DNA of 64,000 nucleotides from Ruditapes philippinarum. Its lineage: Eukaryota. Every line of letters begins with the position of its first letter. Within the stretch, counting starts at the first letter, position 1. Made by a program: the position numbers and the translations under genes. The DNA lies in contig NW_026861243.1 of NCBI RefSeq assembly GCF_026571515.1, positions 310,001-374,000 of the forward strand, read 5' to 3'. The notes under the pieces were generated by a model. That model was given only the letters and a program-made list of their open reading frames with translations. It made no database searches and was not told the origin of the DNA. Below, piece after piece: positions 27,301 to 40,945 of this stretch.

Positions 27301-30300
27301 GCTCGTATTTTATTTTAAACTAAACCTCATTAAGCATACATACTTACAGAGAGCGTAAAAGCGTACAGGAATTATGCCGGAAGTATTGCTATGCCCAGTA
27401 GGTAGAGTAAGTTTTATATATCCAAATATATTAACGGAAATAAATATCTTAAATTGAGTTTTCATTTGTAAAAAATAATATGCATTATTTATGCCGGTGT
27501 CTCGTACTGCTCGCCATACATTTACAAATGTTACTATAATATTTATGCCTATAATCTGAAGATGGCAACAGTTATTATACATATCACAGTAGCAAACCGA
27601 TCAAATATTTTCAAATACATATGCAAATAAGGCCAATGAGAGGTCAAAATGTTTACCTACGGTCAAAATATTTGTTTAAAATAAGATCACCGTTTTATCA
27701 ATTTATCAATTTATCCGATACAAACTTTGGAGAGGATAAGCTATGTCACTGAATAGAAGAATTCACGCATTGCCATCATTGATTTCTTTTTGCTAGGGTC
27801 TGTGTTTAACAAATGGTGACTATGAAAGACCCGAACCGTTTGAAGCTTTTGCATTGCCATTAATTAGTTGCAAAAAAGACGTGCATTATTAAAGAAATTT
27901 AATGAATCGATGTATTAGTGCAGCTTCTTTGAAAAGTTGCGAATAATTAAATCAATCATTAAATCATAAACAACATCAACGGAAAAAGCAGAGACGCGAC
28001 TAGAACAAGAAATAACCATTAAATTTCTAATAAGGACATGCAACTCGTTCCACTACTGCAGTATATTCCGAATTTCAATGAAAACGAAAGAGGCTTGATT
28101 TATGAAAGAATTTGTACTCTTTCTATATATTTGAAAATCACCAATTAATTGCTATTTTATTATTGCGTCAATCAGTTATTTTACTTGAAATTACATGTAA
28201 AGAAGTGGAAGAGAAGTTCAAACTCTTATTATGAATAAGCCTGTTATTTTCTTCACAATTTTTCGTGCAATAGTTTTATATGTATTATATTTTGCAGTTT
28301 ATAAGATTTTATTGCATATTTTAAAAACCACAATAAATCTACAAAATCTTTCCAATTTTCCATTAACTAACAACAATTTGAAATATTTCTTACGCCAAAA
28401 TCCATTCAAATAGGCGGTACAAAAAGCTGTTTACGCATTGAGTCTGTTCAATTTACTCCTATGATAAATACTTCCTGGTCTTTTTGCAATAATTGTAATA
28501 TGACCTTGAAATAAAATTTCAAATTAGGTCTTGTCTGGGCATGTTGTAATTGTAAATTGCGCCAAGCGTCTTATAAAGTGAAATATTTGTTGGTTTTGTA
28601 ATTTGGGACGTTATTGGCAGTTGCTCTTCGCATCAGTCTTGAAAAGAAAGAAAGATAAAACAAGCATCAAAAGTTGTGTTTACGCTACATACAAGACACG
28701 TCATTTAGATATGTTCACAGAACAGTAGAATTGTTAAGAACATAGAACTGTGAACAGTATGTTCACAGAAATTTAATGTGATAGTTGATTGTTACGTTTG
28801 TTTATCTAATCGTATTTTACCCTTTGGAATTCATGTCTGTATTTGCTGCACCAATCGATACATAAATAGTGGTCACGTCAAATATTTCTGCAGTTTTCAT
28901 CCCAATTTAAAACTTTATTGTTAAAATTGTATAATACAGGATAAAGTGTTTTATGATTTAACCAATGTTAAACTAAATGACTGTAATAACCTTTGAAGAA
29001 CGGCACTTTGACTAAGTAAAAAATGCATGTAGGGTAATAGTAATAATAACAATTGAAACGTTAAACAGGTGGATGACCCATTTGTGACGGTTAGGTTTGG
29101 TACTATTGACCATTTCACCTTTATCGAATTTATTTAATTTCATGTTTATCAAATACTACATTGGAACATACTTTAAATAACAGTTTGACACTAGCAAGAA
29201 ATTCTCAAATGGTCAACACTTAATTCAACTGTAAACATGGTAAATTTGAAGCGTACGAGTTCTGAAAATCGATCGTTATATTGATATTTGTTTATTGAAA
29301 ATTACATAAAAGGATATAAACTATATAATCGATGACAAACAGACGCTACTGTGCGAAAAATGATCAGGATAAACGTTCACTCTCTAGTAGTTATATGTTT
29401 TTAATAATTGGTTCAATTAATTGGAAACGCAGTGATGTTATTGAAAATATTTGTGATGATTTCAACGCTAACAGCAAGTATGCCACTTATTATTTATGAA
29501 TAATCTATTAATACATAATCTATGATATTTTAAAATATTGCGTTCCGAAGAATTATTGATGATTTAAAAAACAACAACAAATATATCGCGTCAGCGTCAA
29601 ATAAGATTACACTTTATGTTTATGTTAAAAAGCCTAGTAACAAGTACGCATCTGTAAAGTATTTCATTGCCTTTGATCTTCTTTTAACTTGTTTATTGCC
29701 TTTTCCTGATCAGCGTTCATTGTAACGGCATGACTTAATTCCAGTTTAACATGCAAGATATTTTATTATGTTGATTTATGTCAGTCAGACAAACCTTATA
29801 CACTGGTATGTTAGAAGTTCATATTTTCTATGTAAGTTTCCAAATATATATTGATAAATCGTGGGCAAAAATCTTTTAAAAAACAATTTTAATTGCAAAT
29901 GATGTTTAAGTCAGAGACTTTTTATCCATATGCATTTGCTAAGACAGATCCATATCTGATTGGGATCTTGTCTAGAATAAATGATGAAAAGAGACGGCTT
30001 TGCAAATAAAATCGAAGTAGGATTTGCCAATATAATGTTTTGATATATTTACGAATTTGTTAATCAACAGATTAAAAGTTATAACTTTGAAATTGGATTA
30101 TGCACTAATGCACTATTATGACGTGAAAGGTCATTCTCCTAAATAAATGTTGTATTTTCTCCGACTAATCCGTTTAACACATATTATGATTGTTTAAGGC
30201 TCGTCTAGTATTTTAAAGTATATAAGTATTGTTTATTTTACTTTATAATCAGTCATGTTATGATAAATTTAGATACAGTATGCATTCAAACTATACGCAC

Positions 30301-33300
30301 AAATCAACTGAGTACATGGAAGGAATTGATTCCCATTTTGAAAGCCTACAATTGAATTTAATTTGGTAGATCGCATTAACTGTATGTGATGAATGCTAAA
30401 CATATTACATCTTTTATCAATTAACATAAATTATGTTAATGTTATTAAATTTGTAAATAAAATGATTAAAGTTCAAGACCAATCTATATTTAGCTTTGTC
30501 AACACATACAATAATTTGCACCCATACTAGGATTATTATTATACATCTATCTAAAGTAAAGATTTCTTTTTCTGTATTAAGGATAAAATATTTAATAATC
30601 CCACGGTCGTCAAATGTATTAAAATGTTTGAGACAAAACAAGATTTTCAGTTTCATTTTTATCTATCCAACTTTTTATTTCATTTATTAACACATCCTAA
30701 ATTAAACAATATATCTATCCAGTCCGTCTTTAGAAAACAGGGACCAAGAGATAAAACATTCTTTGTCAACAGTTTAAAGTCAGATCAGATTGCATTTACT
30801 TGCATTCTTAACAAACAATATTCTGTGGATAATGTTCTTGAAATATATTTGTTTTGAAATTCTATACTTTTTTTCGTTCAAACTATGGTACCCTCATTAC
30901 GCAAATTCAGTAAAAGGAAGGTTTAACACATACTAGGAAAATGATCCATGTGAACATAAATATCTATGGAAGTGCATTGTTAAACAAATGCATTACTTCT
31001 GAATCAAACCGAACCTGTAACATTTTCAATTTTCCCGTTTTTGGGCGTTCTTTAATTTTCCCGTTTTGGGGCGTTCTTTAGGCGTTCCATTTTTCTCTAT
31101 ATTATTTTGAAATTTTTGAATGGCAAAATCATTATTATAAATGTTAGCATTTTTCAAAACGTCAGAATGCAGTCAAATGATCGGTTTCAACTTTAACAAT
31201 AGATAAACATTCATAATATTGCAATGACAATGTCTGTTTAAATATGCATATTTATGAACTACCAAACCCAATTCTTACTTGAGAGAAGTTTTATGTTATA
31301 ACAGGAAAAATCTTATCGGAAATGGTCATCTATCGGATAATATACAAAAGACATGTTTATACTACTTTAACCGTTCAACTTTTCAATGTCTACTACTGTA
31401 CACCGGCTTAAACGGACAGTAGTAAACAAATTGTTAACTTTTAGAATTTTAATCAAAAACATGCCCATCCATAGATCCAAGTTTTAACTACGGACAAATA
31501 TTTGATAAGTCTGTTATAATCGTTTAATAAGTATATTATTGCTGACTAATGATTGCACATGCATGTATTTAAATGCAAATAAAAGATACGGTGTGCATGC
31601 GAGTGTGCGTGATTTTACGGTCGCCACTTATTGGAGACGAGTTAAAAATCATTTAAGCATTTCTTATGTACCATTTTAAGTTAAGTTTCACATATTATTA
31701 TATTTAGTACAATTTTGTAGCTCATCTTTTAGGCTAAATATTTAACACATGCATCAATGTTTATATCTTTATACTTTACGTAAGTCATAAAAAGAGTACT
31801 TTTAGTAACTTAACATTTTACATAAATTTTTACAAGGTAAAATAACCAAATCTGATGCTTTTGCGCTTCCTTATGTTAAAATAACGTGAAAAAAGGAGAG
31901 TCAAATTACACTTAACTTAACCATACCCGTTTTACATGCTTAAAACTTTTTTTGTAGACTCTATATAGTTAATGTTTACTACGAATGAGTTCGTCATGCG
32001 AAATAAACCTTTTGTTCGGGTTTGTTTAAATGTTGAAACCTTACAAATATTGTAATAGAATGTTATTTGAGAGATGTCCACGGTGAAATCGATTGTGCTT
32101 GAATAAGATTTTAAAATGTATGAATGAAATCACTTTATTTAAGTTGAATGGCCGTCTAAGTTTGGACATGATTTTGATTTTAGTTATACTGAAATAGATT
32201 GAAAAATAGATATATTGAGAGAAAAAAATGTGGACTCTTTATTTATCTTCTTGTACTTTACAACTTGTGAAGAATAGAAGCTTTCTTTCATATATATATG
32301 TAAAATAAAATGTTTGGGAATATAAACATAAGCGGACATAACAGTGTTAAAAGAAGGGCGTGGCATCAAGCGACAATATAACCCTCTCTAATGGAATATC
32401 ATTCATTAATTTCAAAGCTTTACTTATGAAAAATTGGATTATCATTATATTCATGGAAAAAATGTAAACGTGAAAGAGTGATTTAAATCTTTGTGAAATA
32501 TTCTTGAAACTTTCGTAACTTTTTAAGTTTTTGTTTCTATTCGTTTAGAACATTGGACTACATTCCAATTTTCGTGACACTGACATACAAAAATGGCTGT
32601 AAATATTTTTAATAAATTGATATATGTTGCTTTATTAACAGGTAGGTTGCAACCGATTCTTAATACAGTTTGGAAATTATCATAATCATTAAACAGTAGT
32701 TTAGTATCAGATTTTTAATGCATTTGTATTTTATCAGTTTGAAAATGATAATTATCATTAAACTGTAGTTTAGTTTAAACAACATTTTACTTATAAATGT
32801 TTGATTTACATGATATAAATGTTCTATTTACATGGAAAACTATGAATAATTTTACGGATTTAGTAGGAAACGTTGGAAATGTTTTTAAAAAAACTCCCAA
32901 TGAAATACTTGTTTGTTAAATTTCTATGATTTAAAACATTCTAAACTGGATAAAACACGATTTTTAAAATAAGCCCAAGTTTATGGATGGTTTTTGATTT
33001 TACGGTCTGACAATTTTGTCTTCACTTATATCCACCCATACATGTGATTTTATCTTCAGTTACAATCAGCATAGTTTACAATGAAAAGAATAGAGAGGTA
33101 AAAAAGATTTGGTCTTAATAGTGGCAATCGATGGACAAGTATTTCAGGGACGAAACAAATTACAATAATTGCTATTGCACGATATACAAATATTTGAATG
33201 TACAACTTAATCAAATACTTTAAACAAGGAAATTTCACGTGTAATGTTTAAACTAATATCATTTATATACATTTATTAATGTTAAGCATAAAAGTTTATA

Positions 33301-34968
33301 CATATTTAGTTAAGGTAAAATCGATAAAGTAATTTTTAAGAAAAAGTACACTTATTTTGACACGTATCATTATTTTATAAAGATGTTTTGGCGGGAAAAT
33401 TATTTTAAACATTCCTTCCGAAATAAGACATTAAAATGCTATGTTATTGTCATATTTAAAACTTTATTAGATTGGGCAAAAGATATACATGAACCACTTA
33501 CAAGTGTTTCTTGTAAATGTATATACGTGTAAATGTAAGTGTTTAACAAATTTGTTAACCGATATTAAATAGTTATGTAATGAATAACCGTGCTTTGATC
33601 TCTATTTATGTAAAAAGCGATTATTCATACCTGTTAAAATATAATATAAAATAATATTTACAAGGATGACTGAATGTAAGATTTTATTACACCTGTGATG
33701 TAAGTATTATATTAGAATTATAGCTGTATACTGCACTTATAACTAGACCTTAAATAATAACAGTATTTTACATCCGTCTAGCAACTATGTTAAAAAGGCA
33801 TCATTATAACAAGCATTTTAAAGCTTCAAAAGCTTATTTAATGCTATATTTCCTTAATTATTAAAATATTATCAAGATTACTAAACCAATTTCTTTAAAT
33901 CGTATATAAAACTAAATTAAAATGAAGATATATAAATATTGTGTGATAATTTAATAACTTGCTAAGTATTCAAGAAACATGTTTGAGCTCCAAAAATTAT
34001 GTACATCTTTTTAGTTGTTGGTATAATAATAACCAACACTATATCTTAACCTATCTACTAGGTGGTGGGCTGCCGTTTTTCTTCAAGATATCATTAAAAT
34101 GTAGCCCAACTACCCTTTCAATGTGACAAGTGCAGATCAAGATCAAACGATACATCAGTGTTTTCTAATCATGATCTGCACTGTTCGCTTATACTGTTAG
34201 TATAAATAAGTATACTGTAATTTTCTCTTAAAAAGATAATTGTTTTTGTTCAAGTTAAAAAAATGATAAATTCAATTGAGATATTTAACCTTGTAATAGT
34301 TAATATAAGTTAACAGATAGACATTTTTTGCAATGATAACTGCCATGTAAATTTACTTTGCTATGAAATTCAGAACATTATAATGTTGGAATTTATTGTA
34401 AAAACCAAATTGCCTCTGGAGAACCTCAGCTATTTATTAAGAATTCTTATACAACCTTTAATATATAGTACTTCTTTTTAAAGGTCGTCAGACTTTGTAA
34501 GTTATTAGAATAAACGGAAATTTCAATGTGTTTTTAATGGAGACTGTGATTTTGTAAATGTTAAGAGGGATAAACTCCGCTCAGATCAAAGATTTAGCTT
34601 ACTTTCCGATAAATAATGAGGATGAAATTGTATAGATTAAAAAAATATATATTATGCTGTTTTCATTATGTCCTTACTGTGAATTACGAAATATAAATGT
34701 CATTATTATTACATTGTTCTTACTATTTTCTTACCGTCTCGGAATAATTTTATATAAATATTTCCATGTTTACATATATTTCGAAATAGACTTTAGTATA
34801 ATATTATACCATTTTGACACAGGTTCTTACCATTTTGTCATTGATTTTATTCATTTTGAGATGGTTTCTCTTAACACAACAATTTGTCACGGTATCAAGA
34901 TAACTCTATTAATACATATGCAGGATATTTTACGAGAAGGAAATTATATTTTTATAATTTCATTTCAG

Positions 34969-35114
34969 TTTCTGTGGATGTTGTACATGGAATAAGTTCG
35001 AGCGCATGTTATGGTACTCATCCATGTGACTTCTTCTCCATGCAATGTCCGTCAAATCAGGTCATCAAATTGAACAATTTATATGCTGGATATAAAAATA
35101 CAACCATAAACCCG
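34969..35114 (+). CDS. Receptor paralog A, exon 2 (end of signal peptide + N-half of SUEL/RBL-like domain)
   Basis: Acceptor catttcag| and donor ccg|gtaagt; 146 nt, same length and phase as B exon 2. SSSACYGTHPCDFFSMQCPSNQVIKLNNLYAGYKNTTINP. Confidence 0.85.
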
Positions 35115-36149
35115 GTAAGTAAATACTAGATAGATTAGCAATAACGGTATTTAAGAATTTGAAAAAAAAAATTGATGATTATGAATTCTACACTTATCGT
35201 TTATACACTTTTAGATTTATTTAATTGATAGCCTTGCAGCCGTCTACTGTATACAAAATCTTTATCGCGATAACTTATGCCATTAGCAAGGTGTCTTTGA
35301 CATATGGATGTATGTGACATTATAGATTTTTCTAGTGAAGCTCATGAACAGATTCCCAAGATTTTAAATATTGCCTTGTTTCCATTGGCAAAACGTGATT
35401 TTCTTTCAGATAAATAATAAAAATATTTCAAAGTATAGATTACTCCCAGACCTTCGGTGCTACTTTGATTTCACAGTAACGCAACATCTTACGCCCCAAA
35501 GATTTGAGCAATGTTCAATCTTCAACAATAAATGGAATTAATGATCAAACAGAAACCAAAATTAAAGTAAAGATGTTATTGATGAAATATGGGAAAACTG
35601 CTTACAGCCTCCACACACAACTTGACCCCTGCTGTTGAGAGTTTAAAAATTATGGAAAGGGGAAATTCTGTTAATAACCAAATGTTAAAACCAAACATAC
35701 ACGCAAACTTAATTAAACAGAGAATGCACATTCTCCTTTTTATCCATCAATCACGAACGATTTCTATGGAGCAAGGGCGAATCAAATTGAATGGACGCTT
35801 TAATCTTCAGAGAAAGGATTCTCAGTAAAAGAACTTCTATAAAAATGAAAAATTCTTGCACATTATTTCACTACTTAAATCATAATTGGCAATATAAATT
35901 GATCTGGCTTACTTATAATTAAATAATCGTGCACGTTACAGAGATGATTGACTTAATAAACTGATTGATTGATTGCGTGATGTGCATCGTGCGTCATTTC
36001 AAACACAGCGTGATAATACGAGTAGAACTGAATTATTTTCTGCTTCTAAGTATGACACGCAGCCTCTCCCTTGCTTATGTATTGAAAGACTTGATAAGAA
36101 AAGAAATTAAAACTTAGACTGATTAGGTAGTTGAAAAAGCAACACAATT

Positions 36150-36420
36150 AGTGATAACGGTGATGATGATTACCATCGTGATGATAATGATTCTGATGAA
36201 GAGGATGATGATAAGTGTTATAATTATGGTAATGGTGACGATGGTGATGATGACAATGATGATGATGATGGTAAAGAAATGATGAATATCATGGTCATCA
36301 ATAATAATGATAATTGAAAATATCAAATACAAATACAATTATAATGATGATGATGATAATGATAATGATAATATTAAATAATGATGATGTTGAAGAAGAA
36401 AAAGAAGATGATGATGTTGG
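36150..36420. repeat. (GAT/AAT)-rich low-complexity trinucleotide tract (intron of A)
   Basis: Seen directly. Confidence 0.8.
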
Positions 36421-37503
36421 TTACGTTAAAAATAATATGAAACTGAACAGAAAAGCCTGATTTGTCTTATATTATCAAATACTAGTATTATCTTGAGTCA
36501 GCGTTTCTTTCAAGGCTGATCTACAAACACGATCGATGCATTGAAATAAATCAACAATAAAACTATTTATTACCTTTGTAACAACATAGCTGTTGTTAAT
36601 CTACTCATAAAACTAGAATAGTTTATTGTACGCGTTTGGAGAAACAACATAATATTAATTTACACACAGCTACCGTTTGAAAAAAATATCTACTGTATAG
36701 AATAGACTATCATAGTTATCTTAAATGAACAAAATTAGATACTATGATGGCATCTGCGAATGTTTTTTAACCGTACCAAAAGTGATCACCTGAACATTCA
36801 CAATAGGCTCTTTTGAATGTTGCTGAATTTTCATCCTAAATTATAATGGAAAGTTCCAAAAAAGGAAGCTGGGCAAGTTCATTTAAAAATCAGGAGCTGG
36901 AGGGTTATTTTCTATTATTTTAATGTTTTGTATTATTTTTTTAACGTTGTAACCTGCTTATGAGATTCTGCTTACAGGCGTGAACGGTGACTTGAATTAG
37001 TCGTACAGTCCATGATCAGGATCAATCAAACCTAGTTTTGCAACATTTGGAATTTTCGGTGGCGTTTGACCTTCCTTTTTTAAGTTTTTAACACAATTTA
37101 ATATGTCGTTATAATTTATAACTTTGGAAGAAATAAGAATTTCAATTTCAAAGACAGAATTTGAGAAAAGTAGAGGTGTGAAATAGAGGCATGTATTGCT
37201 TTTATCCTGATTACGTCACTAACTTCCGGTACATATTGTGCATGTATACATCATTGGTATCTAAGATACTTTAAAATATCTATTTTGCAGAAAATAAAAA
37301 AAAAACATATCATTTTGTACGTCATAACTATAACAGTGATATTTTTAAGGTCCAGCGAATATAATTACCAGTTATGATATCATTAAAACTAGATATTATA
37401 GTATCATTTCATCAATATGTTGAGTTGGATAATTACATAATGTCTAAATATTAATATGTACTTTGTCAATGCAGATAATTTATTTGATTTATTTTTGTTT
37501 CAG

Positions 37504-37744
37504 ATCTGTGGAAACGCTGATCGACATTGTGAACTTGAAGCAACATGTTGTTCGTATGCTTCAGGAGGAAATGACATTTTAGAACTTTTAACTTTAGAAA
37601 ATATTTACCATACGTATACAAACTGTTCTGGTCGACAGAGTTGTACAGACATTCAAGCTAACTGGCAACTGCTCGAAGCAACAGATAACAATGGGGATCT
37701 TATTTATTCATCTTTTGTTCAGCTAGAATACGACTGTGAGGACG
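37504..37744 (+). CDS. Receptor paralog A, exon 3 (C-half of SUEL/RBL-like domain)
   Basis: Acceptor tttcag| and donor g|gttggt; 241 nt. [36 protein letters not shown]; the CSGRxSC and VQLEYDC motifs resemble the SUEL-type lectin C-terminus. Confidence 0.87.
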
Positions 37745-37945
37745 GTTGGTTTGTTTATATATTTATATATTTGTTTATTTCTTTTTATCTTATTTAGTGT
37801 GCATAAAATGCAAAATCTGCGCAGAAGTCAAGGCTTTTTAAATATTTTCAAGAGTAGAAAAAACACCCCAAAGCAAGACTTCGTTTAAACGTCTGCGTTG
37901 TGTGTCGAGCAAACCACATATATGATATTTATACAAACTTCATAT

Positions 37946-38222
37946 TTTGTTTGTTTGATTGGATTTTAACATCACACCGACACGGTATATGTCATTTTGG
38001 CGACGTTCCAGCTTTACTGGTGGAGGAAGACCTCAGCTACTCTTCCTTGCATTATTTCAGGCATGAACGGGGACCTGAGTAGAACCACCGACGTTCCGAA
38101 AGCTAGCTGGATAGCTTCATCACATGTAAGAATCCAAAGTCCCTGTCGGGATTCGAACCCACAGCGGTGAGGGGCAAGTGGTTTGAAGTCAACAACCTGA
38201 ACCACTCGGCCGCGGACGCCCC
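37946..38222 (-). mobile_element. Full-length tRNA-derived SINE (V-SINE/RUDI-like, tentative) with 11-12-bp TSD
   Basis: Minus strand reads ggggcgtccgcggccgagtggtt..gggttcgaatcc (A/B boxes), gtcggtggttct..gtcttcctccacca and an (aaac)n tail. TSD aaacttcatat at 37935-37945 and 38223-38233. Confidence 0.88.
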
Positions 38223-38542
38223 AAACTTCATATATTTAGTCTTTAGTCTTAGTATTGTTGGCCTAGTCTTTTGTAATAATTTGTGCCAATGATGCTAGTC
38301 TGTGAGAATAAATAATTCACATAATAATGCTAGGACGTAATGAGATATTTTTGCAAACAATGTGCTTTCCTAAAATATACTCAGTAAGTTTGATTCCGTG
38401 TGATTTTCTAGTAGAAGAAAACAGTAATAATTTTCAAGTAAATTAATTTATATAATATAGAAGTAAAAATACGTTTTTTGGCTCTTCTTTATTTCTTTCA
38501 ATATAACAGCATGAGCACTATTCTATTACTTTTACTTTACAG

Positions 38543-38953
38543 CATCTTCTAAAATTCCTTTTTGTGGTGGCCCAACTGGTACAAACGGATTTACAGCTTT
38601 GTGAAATCAGTTTGACGGATTTTTGGGAAAAATTTTGACCAGAAAACCACAAAGACGTTTTTGAAAAGTAACTAATCGGGACAAAACAAAATTTTCATTT
38701 TTCAAAAAATAATGTTCGTTTGGGGAAAGTCAAAAAAGGGTTTTTAAAATCAAATGTTGCCAACTTTCGCAGCATTCTTCAGCTCGTTTTTTTTGCGGGG
38801 CCCAAATTTCAACCTACTGATCAATTGTACAGCTTTATAAAAAAAAAGAAACTTTTTGTTATCCAGCGGGAACGTGTGGGAAAATATCTTTAACTGGTCT
38901 ACACGAAAAAGGTGCACTAGATTCTCCAGCGATGGTTTGGATCTCGCTTAAAG
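38543..38953 (+). CDS. Receptor paralog A, exon 4 (CUB-like domain); frame disrupted, probably by sequence errors
   Basis: Intact splice sites and intact ends (ASSKIPFCGGPTGTN... ...LTGLHEKGALDSPAMVWISLK). The middle is colinear with B exon 4 but has many homopolymer-type indels; 411 nt vs 429 nt. Confidence 0.65.
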
Positions 38954-39292
38954 GTGAACGGTGTTTAAAATCTTTTAGTTATCTTTAGATTATGTCGAAA
39001 TTGTTTAAACTTAAGCACATACGTTTTTGAGCAAATATTGCTCTTTTTTGCTAAGCAATTCTATATACAGTAAAAGTACATAAATTTGGATTTTTGTTCT
39101 CTTCTCCTTAGCGTCAAGCTCCGCGGGACAAGTGGATTTTGTTGCTGTCCTCTTTTCTTAGCGACAATACGAAACAAAATGAATTCAATTTGTCACGAAT
39201 TTTAGCTAAAATGAAAACAAAAAAATGATATACGTAAATCAGCAATCATTTTTATTAAAAAAATCATACGTAACTGATTTACATTTAAACAG

Positions 39293-39907
39293 CTGATGTT
39301 AACAACGGTATTGAGGTTACTTGTAAGGAAACGGAACCTGCAGACTTAACAACGACCCCAACCACCACCACTACTACGACCACCACAGAACCGACAACGA
39401 CTACACCTACAACGACGACGACAAAAGCAACAACAACATTAAAACCAACCACAACAACACCAAAACCGACCACAACAACAACTCCACAACCGACCACAAC
39501 AACACCCAAACCGACCACAACAACGGCAAAACCGACCACAACAACTCCAAAACCGACCACAACAACTACAAAACTGACCACAACAACTACAAAACCGACC
39601 ACAACAACTCCTAAACCCACCACAACAACTCCAAAACCGACCACAACAACTACCACTCTTAAACCAACAACTACAACATCAAAACCAGCCACTACAACAA
39701 TACCACCACCACCACCAACAACAACACAAAAACCTACCACCACCACTATCACCCAAAAAACAACAACACCTACGTCAACAACTTTGTCAACAATCATAAC
39801 AACATTTATACCACCTAGGACTACAACTGTCTATATCCCACCAACAACGACTGACTATGAAGAAGAAACCACGATTCCTATACCAATTGAAGGCGGTGGT
39901 GACGGAG
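39293..39907 (+). CDS. Receptor paralog A, exon 5 (Thr/Pro mucin stalk with KPTTTTP repeats)
   Basis: Acceptor aaacag| and donor g|gtaac; 615 nt, open frame, phase 1-1. ADVNNGIEVTCKETEPADLTTTP...EGGGDG. Confidence 0.85.
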
Positions 39908-40281
39908 GTAACACTTCATTTATTAATTAAAAATAAGTTCTTTTTGTTTTGTAATCATTATGATAACACTTCAACCAAAGTCAAGGGAACTTTTGATATC
40001 CTATATCAAACCTCAATTTTTGCTTTTACTAAATTTTCATGAATTTTGCTTTTACGATTTTTGTTGGCAATAGGGCCCATTTTAACCAAGGATCTTAATT
40101 TAAGTAATGATATCAACTGATAAGTTTCTGACTGCTAAAATCAAATTTCTGTGTTTCTACTTAAAAGACGTCATCAGGTAAAAATGTTTACAGGAAATCA
40201 AAAGCCCATGTAGTCTTAAGGTGTTTATACGAACGTAGAGATCAATGGCTCCAGTCAATAAAAATTCAATTTATTTTACAG

Positions 40282-40387
40282 AGAAAGACAATGAACAACG
40301 TTTAGCTGTGTACCTGGCAATAATTGTCCCAATCATCGTGTGTCTATTACTGATAACGGCACTCTTACTGTGGATATACTGGAAGAG
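40282..40387 (+). CDS. Receptor paralog A, exon 6 (transmembrane)
   Basis: Acceptor ttttacag| and donor ag|gtaaat; 106 nt. EKDNEQRLAVYLAIIVPIIVCLLLITALLLWIYWKR. Confidence 0.85.
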
Positions 40388-40945
40388 GTAAATTACGCTG
40401 TATTGTTTTGTCAACTGAAATGTTGTACAGTTTTATTTATTATAAAAGTTCCATAGTTTTTAATGTAGTGGAATAAAATATACACTGTGTAAGACTTAAA
40501 AGGCAAATGATAAAAAACATGAATCATTTCTAATGAAATTATCTTTACTATAGCTTTAAAATTATAAAAGGCAACACCACCCATTACTTATTAAGTTTTA
40601 AATATTTTTCTGCATACATTATAATTCATTTGCAGAGCCAATTCTTATTATTGACTTTAAATTTTCCTTTGGTTGTTTTCTCTTTTTGGTCAAATTGACA
40701 CAATGTTGTAATTAAAATCATTACAATGGGTTACAAATTGGTATCACTGGAGATTCTTTATTGGGTTACTACGTACAAGAAAGTTCCAGATAATTTTGGC
40801 TGTCTGTTAAAGCAGCTACATGGGAATAATACCAAATGTGTAAACTTCTTTAAAATGATTTATATAATCAAAGATAATATTTCCTATAGAAAGTTATGGG
40901 AAAAGTAATCTGAACAACTTCTTTATTGTAATATAATCATTTTAG

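Noticed and set aside
14200-34600. Numerous 60-90-aa ORFs in the AT-rich interval
   Set aside because: Low-complexity F/I/L/K/Y composition, no motifs and no consistent splice-phase chain; small exons could still be missed.
38140-38222. Possible tRNA gene (also 21879-21950)
   Set aside because: tRNA-like heads are attached to SINE bodies with tails and TSDs.
39285-39797. Val-rich ORFs (39285-39797 minus; 46861-47103 plus)
   Set aside because: Antisense shadows of the Thr-rich mucin exons.
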